A stretch of 64,000 nucleotides of DNA, taken from the NCBI GenBank assembly GCA_037379345.1, contig CM074511.1, forward strand, positions 54,194,862 to 54,258,861. The letters run 5' to 3'. Position 1 is the first letter of the stretch. Each line of letters opens with the position of its first letter. The translations under genes and the position numbers were made by a program. This DNA is from Perna viridis (taxonomy: Eukaryota). The notes beneath the pieces are model-generated. The model had not been told where the DNA came from and searched no databases. It was given only the letters and a program-made list of their open reading frames with translations. Shown one piece after another: positions 1 to 12,300 of this stretch.

Positions 1-37
1 GTCTTAAAAGGCAAGTTTACTGGATGTGTTTAATTGT

Positions 38-43
38 TTTATT
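38..43 (-). promoter_or_regulatory. Candidate polyadenylation signal AATAAA in the 3' UTR
   Basis: tttatt on the + strand, about 300 nt downstream of the stop codon. The AT-rich background makes this weak. Confidence 0.3.
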
Positions 44-340
44 GACTTATGTTTTAATGGAGACAATTAGAGAGTGTTTTGCCTAACTAATATTAATCTG
101 AAATAGAGTCGTCGAAGTAAAATGAATATAAACTTTTTTCCAAACAAAAAAAAAAGCTACTAAACCTGATTTTAAATAAATTTATCATATTTAAATATAT
201 ATAAGATAATTTTACATTAAAATAGCGACACAAATTACAAGCAATATAAAATGTTTTTATCACGCATCTTCTGATAGTGCTCCTCAGAAACAATGTAAAT
301 AAAGGCAATGTAATAGCACCATCAATTCTCTTCATACAAC

Positions 341-367
341 TTATTGTTTGCTGGAGAAAAACTGCAT
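341..367 (-). CDS. SCYL2: SCYL2-like terminal coding exon 20 (MQFFSSKQ*)
   Basis: Acceptor tattttttcag|ATG, TAA at 341-343; phase 0. Confidence 0.75.
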   Translation of the reverse strand: MQFFSSKQ

Positions 368-3300
368 CTGAAAAAATAGCAAGAAGTGTGAACTTTGATA
401 AGTGAAAAGTTGAGTCTAATTTATTTGCATTATTAATAACTATTTTTATTTTCTTTTTCAGGTTAATCACAAAACGCATTTTTACAACTTGCTTCAAGTT
501 TTCTGTAATAATAACATTGTAATAAAAAATTAAATACTATGGTATTACCTAATAATCGTTCCTGAAACGTTTCACGAAAAAACATGTCGCGCATGACATG
601 TGGGAAGGAAGCATACTTATCATTATATAGCCTTACATTAAAACAGAATTCTAAATCTAAAATAACAACAACTTAAAGATATTATTATATCAGAGAGAAA
701 ACATAAGCTCCCATCAAATTTGTTGACAGAAAATCTCTGTTTAGCTCATGATATTTTTACTGCAAATGATGTACAACTTACTACGCTTTCTCCAAGTGCC
801 TGAAAACTTGCCCTACGTTGACCTGCTTTCATTGCATCTCCCATGCCAAACAAACTGTTTTTACTTCCACGTCTATCAAATTCCTGCTAATTACCAAATT
901 TAATAGTTATTCATGTTATTGTTCATACTCAATATATCATCTATATATCGGAATGCAAAAAATACATGTGAATGAGTTTTTTGAAGACTTGAAAAAGATG
1001 AATGTCAAATTGGTTTTGATAACGACGAGTTACTTATAAAGGAAAAGTGAGGTATCTTAATTGCCAAACTAATCGTAATCTCAAATGCTTCTTGAAAAGT
1101 GCTAATGAAAAATTTCTAACGTTTTAAGTGGACACGAAATAATCCCCTGTAATGTCAGAAACGATACCTAGTTTGTATTTTTTCGCAGTTAATTGTATTT
1201 CATATCAGACATTCAAAATATTGTAACCTCAGTACACGCATATTTTGTGCAAAAGCTGTTTTTGTTAAAAAAAAAATGAAGAAAGAAGATAAACCCAACA
1301 ATTAGAAATAAAGAAACAATAACAATCGAAAAAAATGCACAAGAAGTTGGTTAAAGATTTCACAGAAAATCTGCAATAAATTTGGTTAGATAACGTTTCA
1401 CATTCAATAAGTAGACTTGTAAAGAGAAGCATGGCTGATGATTTCATCATTTAAAACACATTTGCAATGCCAGGAGGAAAAATGCATTCCTTTTCCAGCC
1501 AATTTAGAGGATGTCATGCCGCAGCATTCCATAAATCATTTCAGCATACCCACCAAGGTGATTATATATATTGCCACATGAGACATGAAGGATATGCATC
1601 AGAAGGGTGCACGACAGTGGATAGGGAACAAGAGGCGATTAAATATGGGAATTGTATGTAGGGTGATGAATAAGAAACCAATGTCAAACAATGTCATGCG
1701 CAATACTACACCATCATCGGCGACATGAAAATCCACTTCCGACTTACGGGCGTGATGAAGGGCCCAGCGCTAGGACGTCGATGTCTGCAATCGAAGAAAA
1801 ACTGATCATCATCGATACCACCTAGTGGTAGAATACCAAGACTATGTGTACTTGGTTTTCTCTCTTTTTGGCCGCCTTCTCCAAACATGGAGATGGGTAA
1901 TATACCGACGCTGTGCGTGCTTGGGCGTCGGTGTTTTGTATCCGACGAACGTCGTGATGATTCATAGGATCCTCTACGCGAATCGTAGAACCAACTTACA
2001 GGGAAAGTATACTGTCCTAAACTTTGTGTGCTCGGCCTACGGGGTCGGTCAGATGATGGACTCTCGTCTGATATCAAACTGATACCCGGTGTACCTCCTA
2101 CAGGCGGAATAAGACTGTACTTCCGTTGCTGGTCTGATATATCACTACTTGTCATCTTGTCTTCCTGGTAAAAAAATACAATTAACAGTAAGTTGTCCTT
2201 TACGTACACATTTCCAATCGTTGACCAATAGATGCCTTTCACAAAGAATCTTAGTAAATAATGAAACGATTTCGATCGATACTAAGTTCATTAGTTAGTT
2301 TTTCGTCTGACAGTCTGATGGATTCTTTACTTGGCGTGTCCAAATTTCCACGCGGACATCTTTATAAAGCTGACAAAGTTGTTAACATTTATTACATTTC
2401 TAAAGCAAAAATAATTACTAAAATTACAATGTGGTTCTATAAATCGATGGTACAAAAAAGTGAGTTTTATTCAGTTCATTAAAATTATAACTAAACTTCA
2501 ACAATTTGAGAAAATATTTTCTACTCACCAATGATTTGGAATTAAGGTTTGGACTACTTGGCACTGGAAAGGTAAAAAAAAGCATGTGATTGTGAACAAA
2601 ATGTATGCTGAGGTAAAAATGAATACACGTACATATATTTGAAGAAGAGAACAAGATGAACACTTTTCTTTTATCTTGTATATGTTGTGGTGGCTGAAAC
2701 CAAATGCAAAAGGCTAAGAAAAAAAAACTTATAAACAAAACAAATGATTAACACTGATACTAAAATATATTATATATTTAGATTGAAATATTACTTTTTC
2801 GTATATGCATTATAAATGTTTGTTTGAACCCTATATCGTCTATACTATATCTGTATATCGCATATCCTACATCACACCCCTAGACCTACATCGCATCCCT
2901 TTACATACTATACTTGAAATATGGTTAAAATATATGATATGGCCCTTGGGATGATATAGTACGGATTTTGACATGTAATATTCAGTATAGGACGTATGAC
3001 TTCATCGACAAGGAGTTCCTGTCGGCTAAAGTGTACTAAACAATATCCTTAATGTCTCATATCATTTAAAAACACCGACTTGTAATTTGATTGCCGTGAC
3101 TTAATTGAATTATTTGAAAACTTATAATACTAAAACACTTGTGCAATTACAAGAGTTGTAATAACAGACTATAGAGAGCATTATTTGTGGTTCAAAGACA
3201 ATATTTTCTAAGGCGATTTTGAAATTGAAATTTGCGATTGAAAATGATGTTTTAAGAGTAAGGGAGAGCTAGCAATTAGAAATAGGTGAGTAGTATTACT

Positions 3301-6300
3301 ATTTTACCTTTTGGTTGCAATATCGGCAAAAAAGACAGAAGTGTCAGCAGTGGGATGATTCAAATACACCAAAATCCCAAAACATATGGCCTAAACGTGG
3401 ACACATGAAACGAAGACGCTTTATCTATTGTAACAACTTATATTTGAGAATTTCGCCATTATGATCAATTTAATAAGATGTAAGTTAGTCATGTCTATTA
3501 TATTCATTAAAATTATTTCTAAGTAAGGTTTAAAATTTGGTAGCAACAGCAGCAATACAGTCATTTTTGTCCCTTTTAAGAACAAAATACCAATCATATT
3601 AAGCCTGCGAAGAGTAACGTAGCATTAGCACCAAATGCATCAGAAAATCTTAATCGCAAAATTAATTTTACACAAGAAGTACTCATAACAAAAATATTGA
3701 AATAATGAGCTTGATCATTTTAGCTTATGGATGATCAGAATTTATATACTGTATCTTCTCAATGTTTTGAGATTTACATTATTTATATATACTCGAATTC
3801 ACCTCAGCCTGTTTGCAGTTTTTTTTAGATTAATTTTTTTATTACTCAAAAGTTCCTTTAAAAAAATTGCAATTTAATTCATGTCGTTCTGTACTGCAAC
3901 TTTCATACAATTATTTCTCGTTCTTACCCCCGAGATTGAAAAAAATAAAAATTTATTTTTCCTACGAGAATTTTGCACTGAACGTATTGTTTATCCGCCA
4001 TCTTGTTTCTATGGATATTTTGAGATGTTCCCTATTACCTCACAATTGAAGAACTGAAATACCATGATTTCCCCGCCATATTTCTGGTTCCCTGCTAATT
4101 CAATACTTTATGTGGTAAGTCTCATATTAAGTACCAGTTGTAGCATTTTCATACGGAATTTCTCGTTTATTCTTTTACAAAAGGTAAAGAGCAGAAATAT
4201 GGCGGGAAATCATGGTATTTCAGCTCTTCAATTGTGAGATAATATGTGACGTCACATTTTATGGCGTAAGTGATATAGCTTTGAACGTTAAAGACAATAT
4301 ATTTACAACACTCAGTAAGGGTTTTGAAAAAAAATATCTATTTGAATGTCGTCTTAAATAAATATAAAAAACAAATGAAAACATGTAAGAACAAGTTTTC
4401 AATCTGATTAGTACGATTCTTTGCAAGAAAAGGAGGAACAACGCGTTTGATAGATATTGACCAAATCTACATATGTAGGCTTTAAATGTCTTCTAAATAC
4501 ACAATTTCCATGAAATAGACATTCATAACGAGATATTAATATATCTAGGGAAATGCCTTCAACCTGGAATCAAAATATAAAATCTTCAAATAAACGAGTA
4601 TTATGCAACACGCTTTTGATTAACTTTCATTTATCACTGAAGAGATTTATGTTACTAAGTTACAGATAGTGTATAAATTGTCTGATTTCATTTGAACTTC
4701 AGATATAATTATTGAAATAAATCCCCTCAAATGAAATGAAGCAATGGTGCCAAGGAATTTGTCATCAACATATAAAAAACAATTATCAAGACTTATTGGA
4801 AATTACAACTGACATGATATGAAAAAAATTTCTTTAAGTCAAAGTAATAAAGGCTGATATTCATAATCCTTCGGTGTTACAGATACTGTTGGTGTTGGCA
4901 TTAAAGAAGCACACCGGACATTCTCATGTCTAGTCCACTAGCTAACACAAAATGAAGAAACAAATTAATTAATTGAAAAGGGAAAACTAAGAATGACCAT
5001 ATAATTGTACATATAACAATTAAACATGGTGAATGTACAAATAAATGACAGTAAACACAAATGTTTAATATTTGTTACATGTATCATGCAATGATTCCAA
5101 TATTAAGGAAGTCCAAATATTAAACAAAACTTATTACGACAATGGATACCTGAAGGGACTTGAACATTGATGCTTGGCGCTATAGGTAATTGTAGCGATC
5201 CTGTCAAAATATGACGATGTCAAAAGAACGGAAACCAAATTATACATAATATAAAATTGGCAACCAGCTTTTCAGCTGCTTTTACATGCAAAATATACTC
5301 ATTTAAAAAAATAGACAGTGGTCAAACACTGAAACATGTATATGCTTTCAACATGCAAACTCATGTAAAATGTAAAAACTCACAATGCAAAATTGTGTTG
5401 ATTTTCATAATGTTGAAAACAACATTTATTTAAATAAAACAATCAAGTATATAACTGCATTGCAAATATCTCATAACTATTTCAAAACTGACTAAAATAG
5501 TTACAAGTAAAACTGCAAGAAAATAAATTAATAAAGGAACACAAATCGACACTAACCTGTTCGACTTTTCTGCATGCCACTTTGAACACCGTCAACGGAC
5601 AAGAAGTTTTTACCTAGCGTCACAGATTTCTCCTCTTTCCCTTTACCATTTTGCATATTCAAAGATCCCCTATAACAATGAAATTGTATTACTGTGAATC
5701 TAACATGGTTTTAGGCTTGGCATATGAAGGACGGCAATATTTGTGCTGAGTTAACGAATGTATTAATAATTTATCGACTAACGGGGACATTCAAGAATAC
5801 CTCAAATATCCACTCTGCATCTGCGTCCAAATTCAAACAATACTTCCAAATGATATTTGTCATTTCAGATAGAACGTTTCGGAGTCATTCATGTTTCTGA
5901 CCCGTATATATATAGGACATCACTGACGCTCCGTCCCTACGAAACATAACTTTATATGAACTCCGCTTTTGATTATTTACTTTTTAAAGAATATTCAAGA
6001 CTTATTTTGATATACAGGACGCTTTCTTCAGCAATTTAAGGAGGTTTTCTATCATGAATGAAAATTGATTGTCTGATTTTTTTTCGTATTCATGATGTTC
6101 AGTGTTGCATTCTTTCATGCACTACCTTTGTGTAAGTGGCGGGGATACAGATTCTTGCTTCATTTTGTTCCTCCTCTCACGATCAATTTGCTCTAACATT
6201 TCACGTAAAACTTCCATCAAAGCACCGAACTAAAATAAAAATACTTTTTTAAACATTGAGAAGGATTTTTTCGCACATTTTCTCCAATAATTATTCCTTT

Positions 6301-9300
6301 GATTTTTGTTCTTTGCGAAGTATTTTCGAAGCAAGCAAAAAAAAACAAACAAACAAACAAACAAACAAACACACAAAAAAAAGACAGAGAGAGGTTACAC
6401 GTTCACCAACAATGACTGGTCCGTCTAACATTACTACAATATGTATTTAAATGGTTTGGTAATATAAACAGAACGTTTTGTGACTATGGTTTTCACATTT
6501 TTTCAAATTCTTAAAAAGGTTGCAATGTTTTTCTCTCTATATATATACCTGTTCCATGGTTAGACCAGGGTTTACTGTCTGTGGCACTAGAGGTGGCATC
6601 ACTTTGGTGGCAATTAAATTGTGTGTCAAACCAAATCTTTTGTCACTCAACAGATGTTTATAAATTCCTATGAATGTCAAATTAAAAAAAAAAGGTAAGT
6701 AGAGAACGTTGGTTAGAATTCAAATGCAATGTAAAATCAGAATAGACAGAAATGGATATTACAAACATATGTTTTATATACTTTTTACAGTTTTTAGTGG
6801 AGTCCATGCTTGCAGTTTTTAGTAGAGTCCGAGTTGCTCATTTGCTTTTGTCACTGTGTATGTATGATTTTAGTTACTTCATGTTCTTTGTTGTGTATGT
6901 CTGTTTTTCATGTCTGGTCTTTGTCCCTGGATTACATTCTTTTGATTCCGCTATAACCTTGGTTCCCTTGATTATTCTTTATATTTGTGGTATCAAATTA
7001 TATGCTACTTATTCGTTTTTGTAAGCAATTTAAAAAAAAAACGTATCTAAGTTGTATTCATCTTCTTGCACATACAAACTAAAAAGCATGGGTATCCATT
7101 TACTTTACATAGTTTGAATTCAAACAAAAACTTACCAACAATTGTCATAACAATAGTTGCATCTTGACATTGGTTTTCTGTGAACAAAGGCAGCACCTCG
7201 TCTAAAATAGTCATCTTGTCTAAACTGTCTAGAACGTGGTCTATACATGTCAGAGCATTTACTTTTACCTTAAAATAGATGTGGCGTTTAATATTTTACG
7301 TAAAACCTATATACAGAAATTGACATTGCATTCAAACATGACCCTTTTGATACAGATAAATGGATTAAAAAATGTTTAATTGATTGGTTGCTGTATGACT
7401 GTGTGTACAAAATTCTTACATCTTCTGCAGAAAAAGTCTCTGACAGAGGTAGCTATAAAGACAATAATGACACAAATAACAAACCGTGGTTAAGTAACGT
7501 ATGCAGTGAGGAACGCGGTAGATTTAACAATGTATGATCTACATACAAATGTATAATAAACATAAAATGAGCTAGATTAAGAGCATTAAGAATAATCTGG
7601 CCAGGGATTATCGATCTTCACTAAATGAAGGTTATCAAAAATGTGCAAAAAAGTGCTCTAACGAATAATGAAGAACATTGTCAAAAACTGATACGACATC
7701 GTTTTGTGAAAGTACTACGAAAATATTTCGGAAACAAAAAACATAGACTTCAGTTGATATTTAAACATTTTATGAATATTTAAAAAAAAAATATAGAATG
7801 CACAGGAGGATGACGCCTTTCATGACATTTCCACCTCCGAGCCTTGTGATGACACTGTTTTGAGAAAATGTCAGGAAAGCTTTTGATTCTGTATCAAGAT
7901 CTTGATCATGGGAAAAAATTAAAAAATATGACATTAACGAAAAATGCTTCAAAGTTGTCTATAGTTTTTAAATTATGCGTAAGATATAATGGCTGTGTAT
8001 CTGAATTTTCCATGTTTAACAGGTGTGAGACAAGTGAAATTCTGTTACCCTTTCTTTTTACAATATGTTTGAATGATTTGAGATTTAAAAAAAAAAAATA
8101 GACGAAAAATGTTTAGAGACGATCCAAAGCATATTTCATGATCAATTTCATATTCATTTTGAGTTATTTGTTTTGTTATATACTGACGACACTGTCATTA
8201 TATCGGAGTCTAAAGATAATATGCAAAAAGTCTTTGGATATCTTTCAGTCATAATGTGACCAATGGAGGTTAACAGTCAACGTAGAAAATGATTAATCAG
8301 GCACAGAAATCGTTGCATATCATTCGTAAATGTATACGAAATGAAGAAATCCCAACAGACATACAGCTTCAGCTTTTTGATTCAATGAAAAAAAAAAACA
8401 TTTTATCATATGGATGTAAAGTATGGGGATATGAAAATTTACAATCAATTGAACAGGTTGAATGTAAGAATGAGGAGCATGGTAGACTTCGAATGAAATT
8501 TAAAAATGGTGTCATATTGGAATAGACTCTGGAATGATGTACAAAACCCAGTAGCTTATTGCTTAAACTTATGTTTATGTTAAGTGCTCTCGATTCAAGT
8601 TTAAATGGCTCAACAGTATCAAATCTTTATTGAACATTACTGGTCTTTGGTACATATTTTTGAACAAAACAGATATGATTCATAAGAAGTTGTAATTGAA
8701 CAAGTTTTATCAGATCATTTTATTTCAAATTGGAACAACTCTATCTCCGATTCCTCTAGGGGACAATTCTATGGATCATTTAGAGGGTTTGGTGTGGAAA
8801 AATACTTACTCCGATTAAATTTTAATAATGAGATATGGTTTACCAAATACAGAGTTTACGTATACCTATAGGAAAAGGAAAGTGGAAAAATAAAATAAGC
8901 AATCCAAGTTTGTCTAAAATGCAAGGTCACTTGTCAATTTGCAATGTGGAGGTTTATAAGAGACTCAAGGAAGTTGCTATTATGTTTTAGTAACTGCTGT
9001 GAATATGAATATTTTAAAAATGTATTGACATAATTTTATTTATTTTTTATTTATTAATTTATTTAATATTTTTAATTTCTATATTTTCTAATTATCCCAA
9101 TTTTCTTTTCTTTTATAATTCCAATATGATATTGTATCTCATATGCTCATGTTACATAAATGATATGTCTGAGTTAACTTGAATAAATCTTGTTAAATCT
9201 GGTTAAAACATGATTGATCAAAAGCAAACTTTGTGACGTTTCTGACGTTGTTCTTCCGTACCAACTGGCGACGTCATAGACGGAAAATAGGAGATACCGA

Positions 9301-12300
9301 CTATCAACTGTGAAAGTCTAACTGACAGGAGGTGACTTCTGCAAATACGGATGTTAGTAAAATTTGATAGCACAATAACATCGAAGTCAAATATCTTTTA
9401 GTTAATATAAGTAATAATCATAGTTTAGTTTGACGTTACATTTTGATGAAACTAAGGTCTATTTTCGTATTCCATCATGTTTAGCATTCAGTTTAAACAA
9501 ACGACATAAAACATATAGCTATCAACTGAGAACTTCGCCATAAACAAAGTGTAAACCAGTCTACAGTTAGATATCACTGAAAACGTTCTTATAATATATT
9601 GGACTGGGAATGAATCTGCTAGACAACATTTCCCATTAATTGATAGTCAGAACCATAAGATAAATTGAATTTTAGACAAATAATGTCTGTGATATTAAAA
9701 AAGAACATTATGGTTGACAAATAAAGGAAAATAAGTGTTCGGGATATACAAGTAGATCAGATCCGTAATAATTACTTACTCTAACGCTATTAGCTTTATT
9801 AAAAAGGGATTTAGCTCGTGGCAAAACCAGCATCTTCATGAAGCTGTCATCCAAGAATTCTTTCACAATTCCAATAGCATTTAAGGCGGCTTCCTATGAA
9901 GAAACCTTCATTAAGCTGACATTAAATTACAAAATGACTGTAAAATTCTCTGGATTTTGATTTTGAATTCCTGTTTTTATGAATATAAACGAGTACATAA
10001 AGGATCCTTATATTGACTTTTGAATCTCGTTCTGTCTTTTATATTAAATATTATAGCTGTGTAATGAATACTTTGAGATATCTGTCCTTAAACTAGAACT
10101 CTTTGAGAGGAAGACAGTTCTTCACTACTAATATCATTGTATTTTTGTGTATTTCTTTACTTTGAAAAGGAATACGATGTTATTTCAAAGAATGAAATAA
10201 AAGATAAAATGTTCCTCATCATAATAAATAGCAACCAATTACCAAAAAAAAAAAAAAAAAAAAAAAAAATCAAGTATCTATTTCCAGCTTCATGGCATCT
10301 ATCTACGTCATACCATAAATACATACAATGATTGTAACCATTTATCCTTCTTCCTACTGAGACAAAAGAATTTCTATTTTTACTTTGTGAGATTTCCTTG
10401 TCTTACCCACGGGTTAAATACAATTGGCGACTTTTGTGAGACTACAACAAAACGTTTTATACATTTACAGAAAGGCGACAGGCATGAAATTCTACGTTTG
10501 CATAATCACACGTTTATGCTTTTGAAAATCACATCAGAAAATTCAAATCTATTAAAGTACACACACGCTCACGTAAGATTTTCATGTTTTCAAACTAAAT
10601 AGTGCATATTTTGAAAAAAAAAAAACTTTAAATATTACCCTTGCGTGTTGGAAATTTTGCTGTCTCGCAGTCTAAGCGGTTCTAGTATAGATTTTTTTTT
10701 TCAAATATCCACACAGCTTGAAAATAGCATGACTATAAACATTTGTACCTACCTGTGCTTGAGTTGATGTTGATTCAAGACAATTGAACACTAGGGGTAT
10801 GATTTCAGACCGTATTTCTTCTATTGGACTTTTCGCTAGTATGATGTCCAGTCTATTCAGAATATTAACAGTAGCCTAAAATTTGGATAATATCTTACTA
10901 ATACGGGTTAGAATAAAATAAAAAGAAATCTAAATCTAAAAGACATTGACGTTTTTTAAATAATAATATGATGTATATATTTTTTTAAATTTCATATTTT
11001 TAATTCAGTGAACACATTTTCAGGACCTATGTTGAAAGCATTATTGAAAAAATAAAATGAAAATAATGATATAATTTTCAAAGAAGATACAATCTCAAGT
11101 AGAGGCTATCGTGAGATCATATATCACACAAATATCGTTAGATTTATGAATTAAGTAAAAGCAAATCATATAATGAAAATATTGCTTAGATGTAAATGAA
11201 GATGGTATCACTGAGAAAAACTCACTTTGATTTTGTGCATTTCAATAATAAAGACATTGATTTGATTAAATGCTTTATTTTGAAATTATTATTGAAAGTG
11301 TCAATAAGATCGAAAGTGTAGATAATTAATTGATCAAAAACTCAGATGTTAGAACGATCCATACATGCAGGTATTAGTGAGTGCACATTTGAAGGCAGTG
11401 AAAGATTTGTAAAAAGGTTCTTTGAGCTGATCCAATATAAGTAATTTTTAAATTAGTAGAATTTGATGGGAGATATGGGATATGTAACGTTGTTGTTTAC
11501 AATGAAATAATTGGTGAAATATGTAGATGTTTACAATAAGATAATTTGTGTGAAATTATAAGTTAAGTTTTGAGAAAGAACATTGATTAAGTATAGTTCA
11601 GATCTATGACTGTAAGTAACCATTAAATATTATATCAACAACATGAAATCAATCAAATATCTCCCACAAAACGGATCTTTTAAAAATCACAGAAGTTAAA
11701 AGCCAATATTCACCTGAACAGGTTTCGGCATGTTTATTACATCACGGAACACAGGTAAAATTATGCCGCAGTATTCCTCTTTGGATGCGTGTTCAATCAT
11801 GGTAATGAAGGGAACTAAAGCACTAGTGACAGAATCTGCCATCGAACATTCAAGGCATAGTACAGGAAAGACATTACGATATAAAATTTTCTGAAAATAT
11901 GATAATAACTTTAAATTTAAAAACTTCATATACTTTATATTTGATTACAGAAAAAAAAACAAGTTCCTTTATAGCCATTAGTTTACGACCAACCCATGTC
12001 AAATTGTATGTAAATTAAATAATATTAAGTGGCACTCCAGCTAAGAATCATGCAAAATGTGATTCATGGGTGAAACGCCTACATATTTTTAGTTTTGATA
12101 TTTTGTTTGAATCGCCATAGTAAACAAAAATTTACATTCATTTTTCATATAACTCGTGTTCTTAGGAGATAAAAATTATATAGAATGCACTGTAGATTTC
12201 AAAATTAAGGGAGATAACTCTGTAAATTACACTCAAATACAATAGAATCTATTGGATTTTTAATGTTGATTATCTCCTAAGAGCAGACAGATTTAAATGA

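Noticed and set aside
93-497. 134-aa minus-strand ORF
   Set aside because: It overlaps the true terminal exon in a different frame and has AT-biased composition. The phase-0 reading MQFFSSKQ* is the one that fits the exon chain.
1825-2082. Plus-strand ORFs overlapping exons (also 818..1039, 22405..22614, 29473..29673, 59339..59542)
   Set aside because: Antisense shadows of the SCYL2-like exons.
2250-2360. Extra exon (CPRGNLDTPSKESIRLSDEKLTNEL) between exons 17 and 18
   Set aside because: It needs phase 2 entry while exon 17 ends in phase 0; the acceptor is weak and no clear donor was found.
6752-7024. Recurrent short hydrophobic ORFs (VRVAHLLLLLCMYDFSY / AEDAYPTGAPGPCSQFLVESELL) here and at 31753, 37705, 44936, 53007 and 60404
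   Set aside because: They are translations of the non-coding Naiad 3' UTR repeat, not a gene family.
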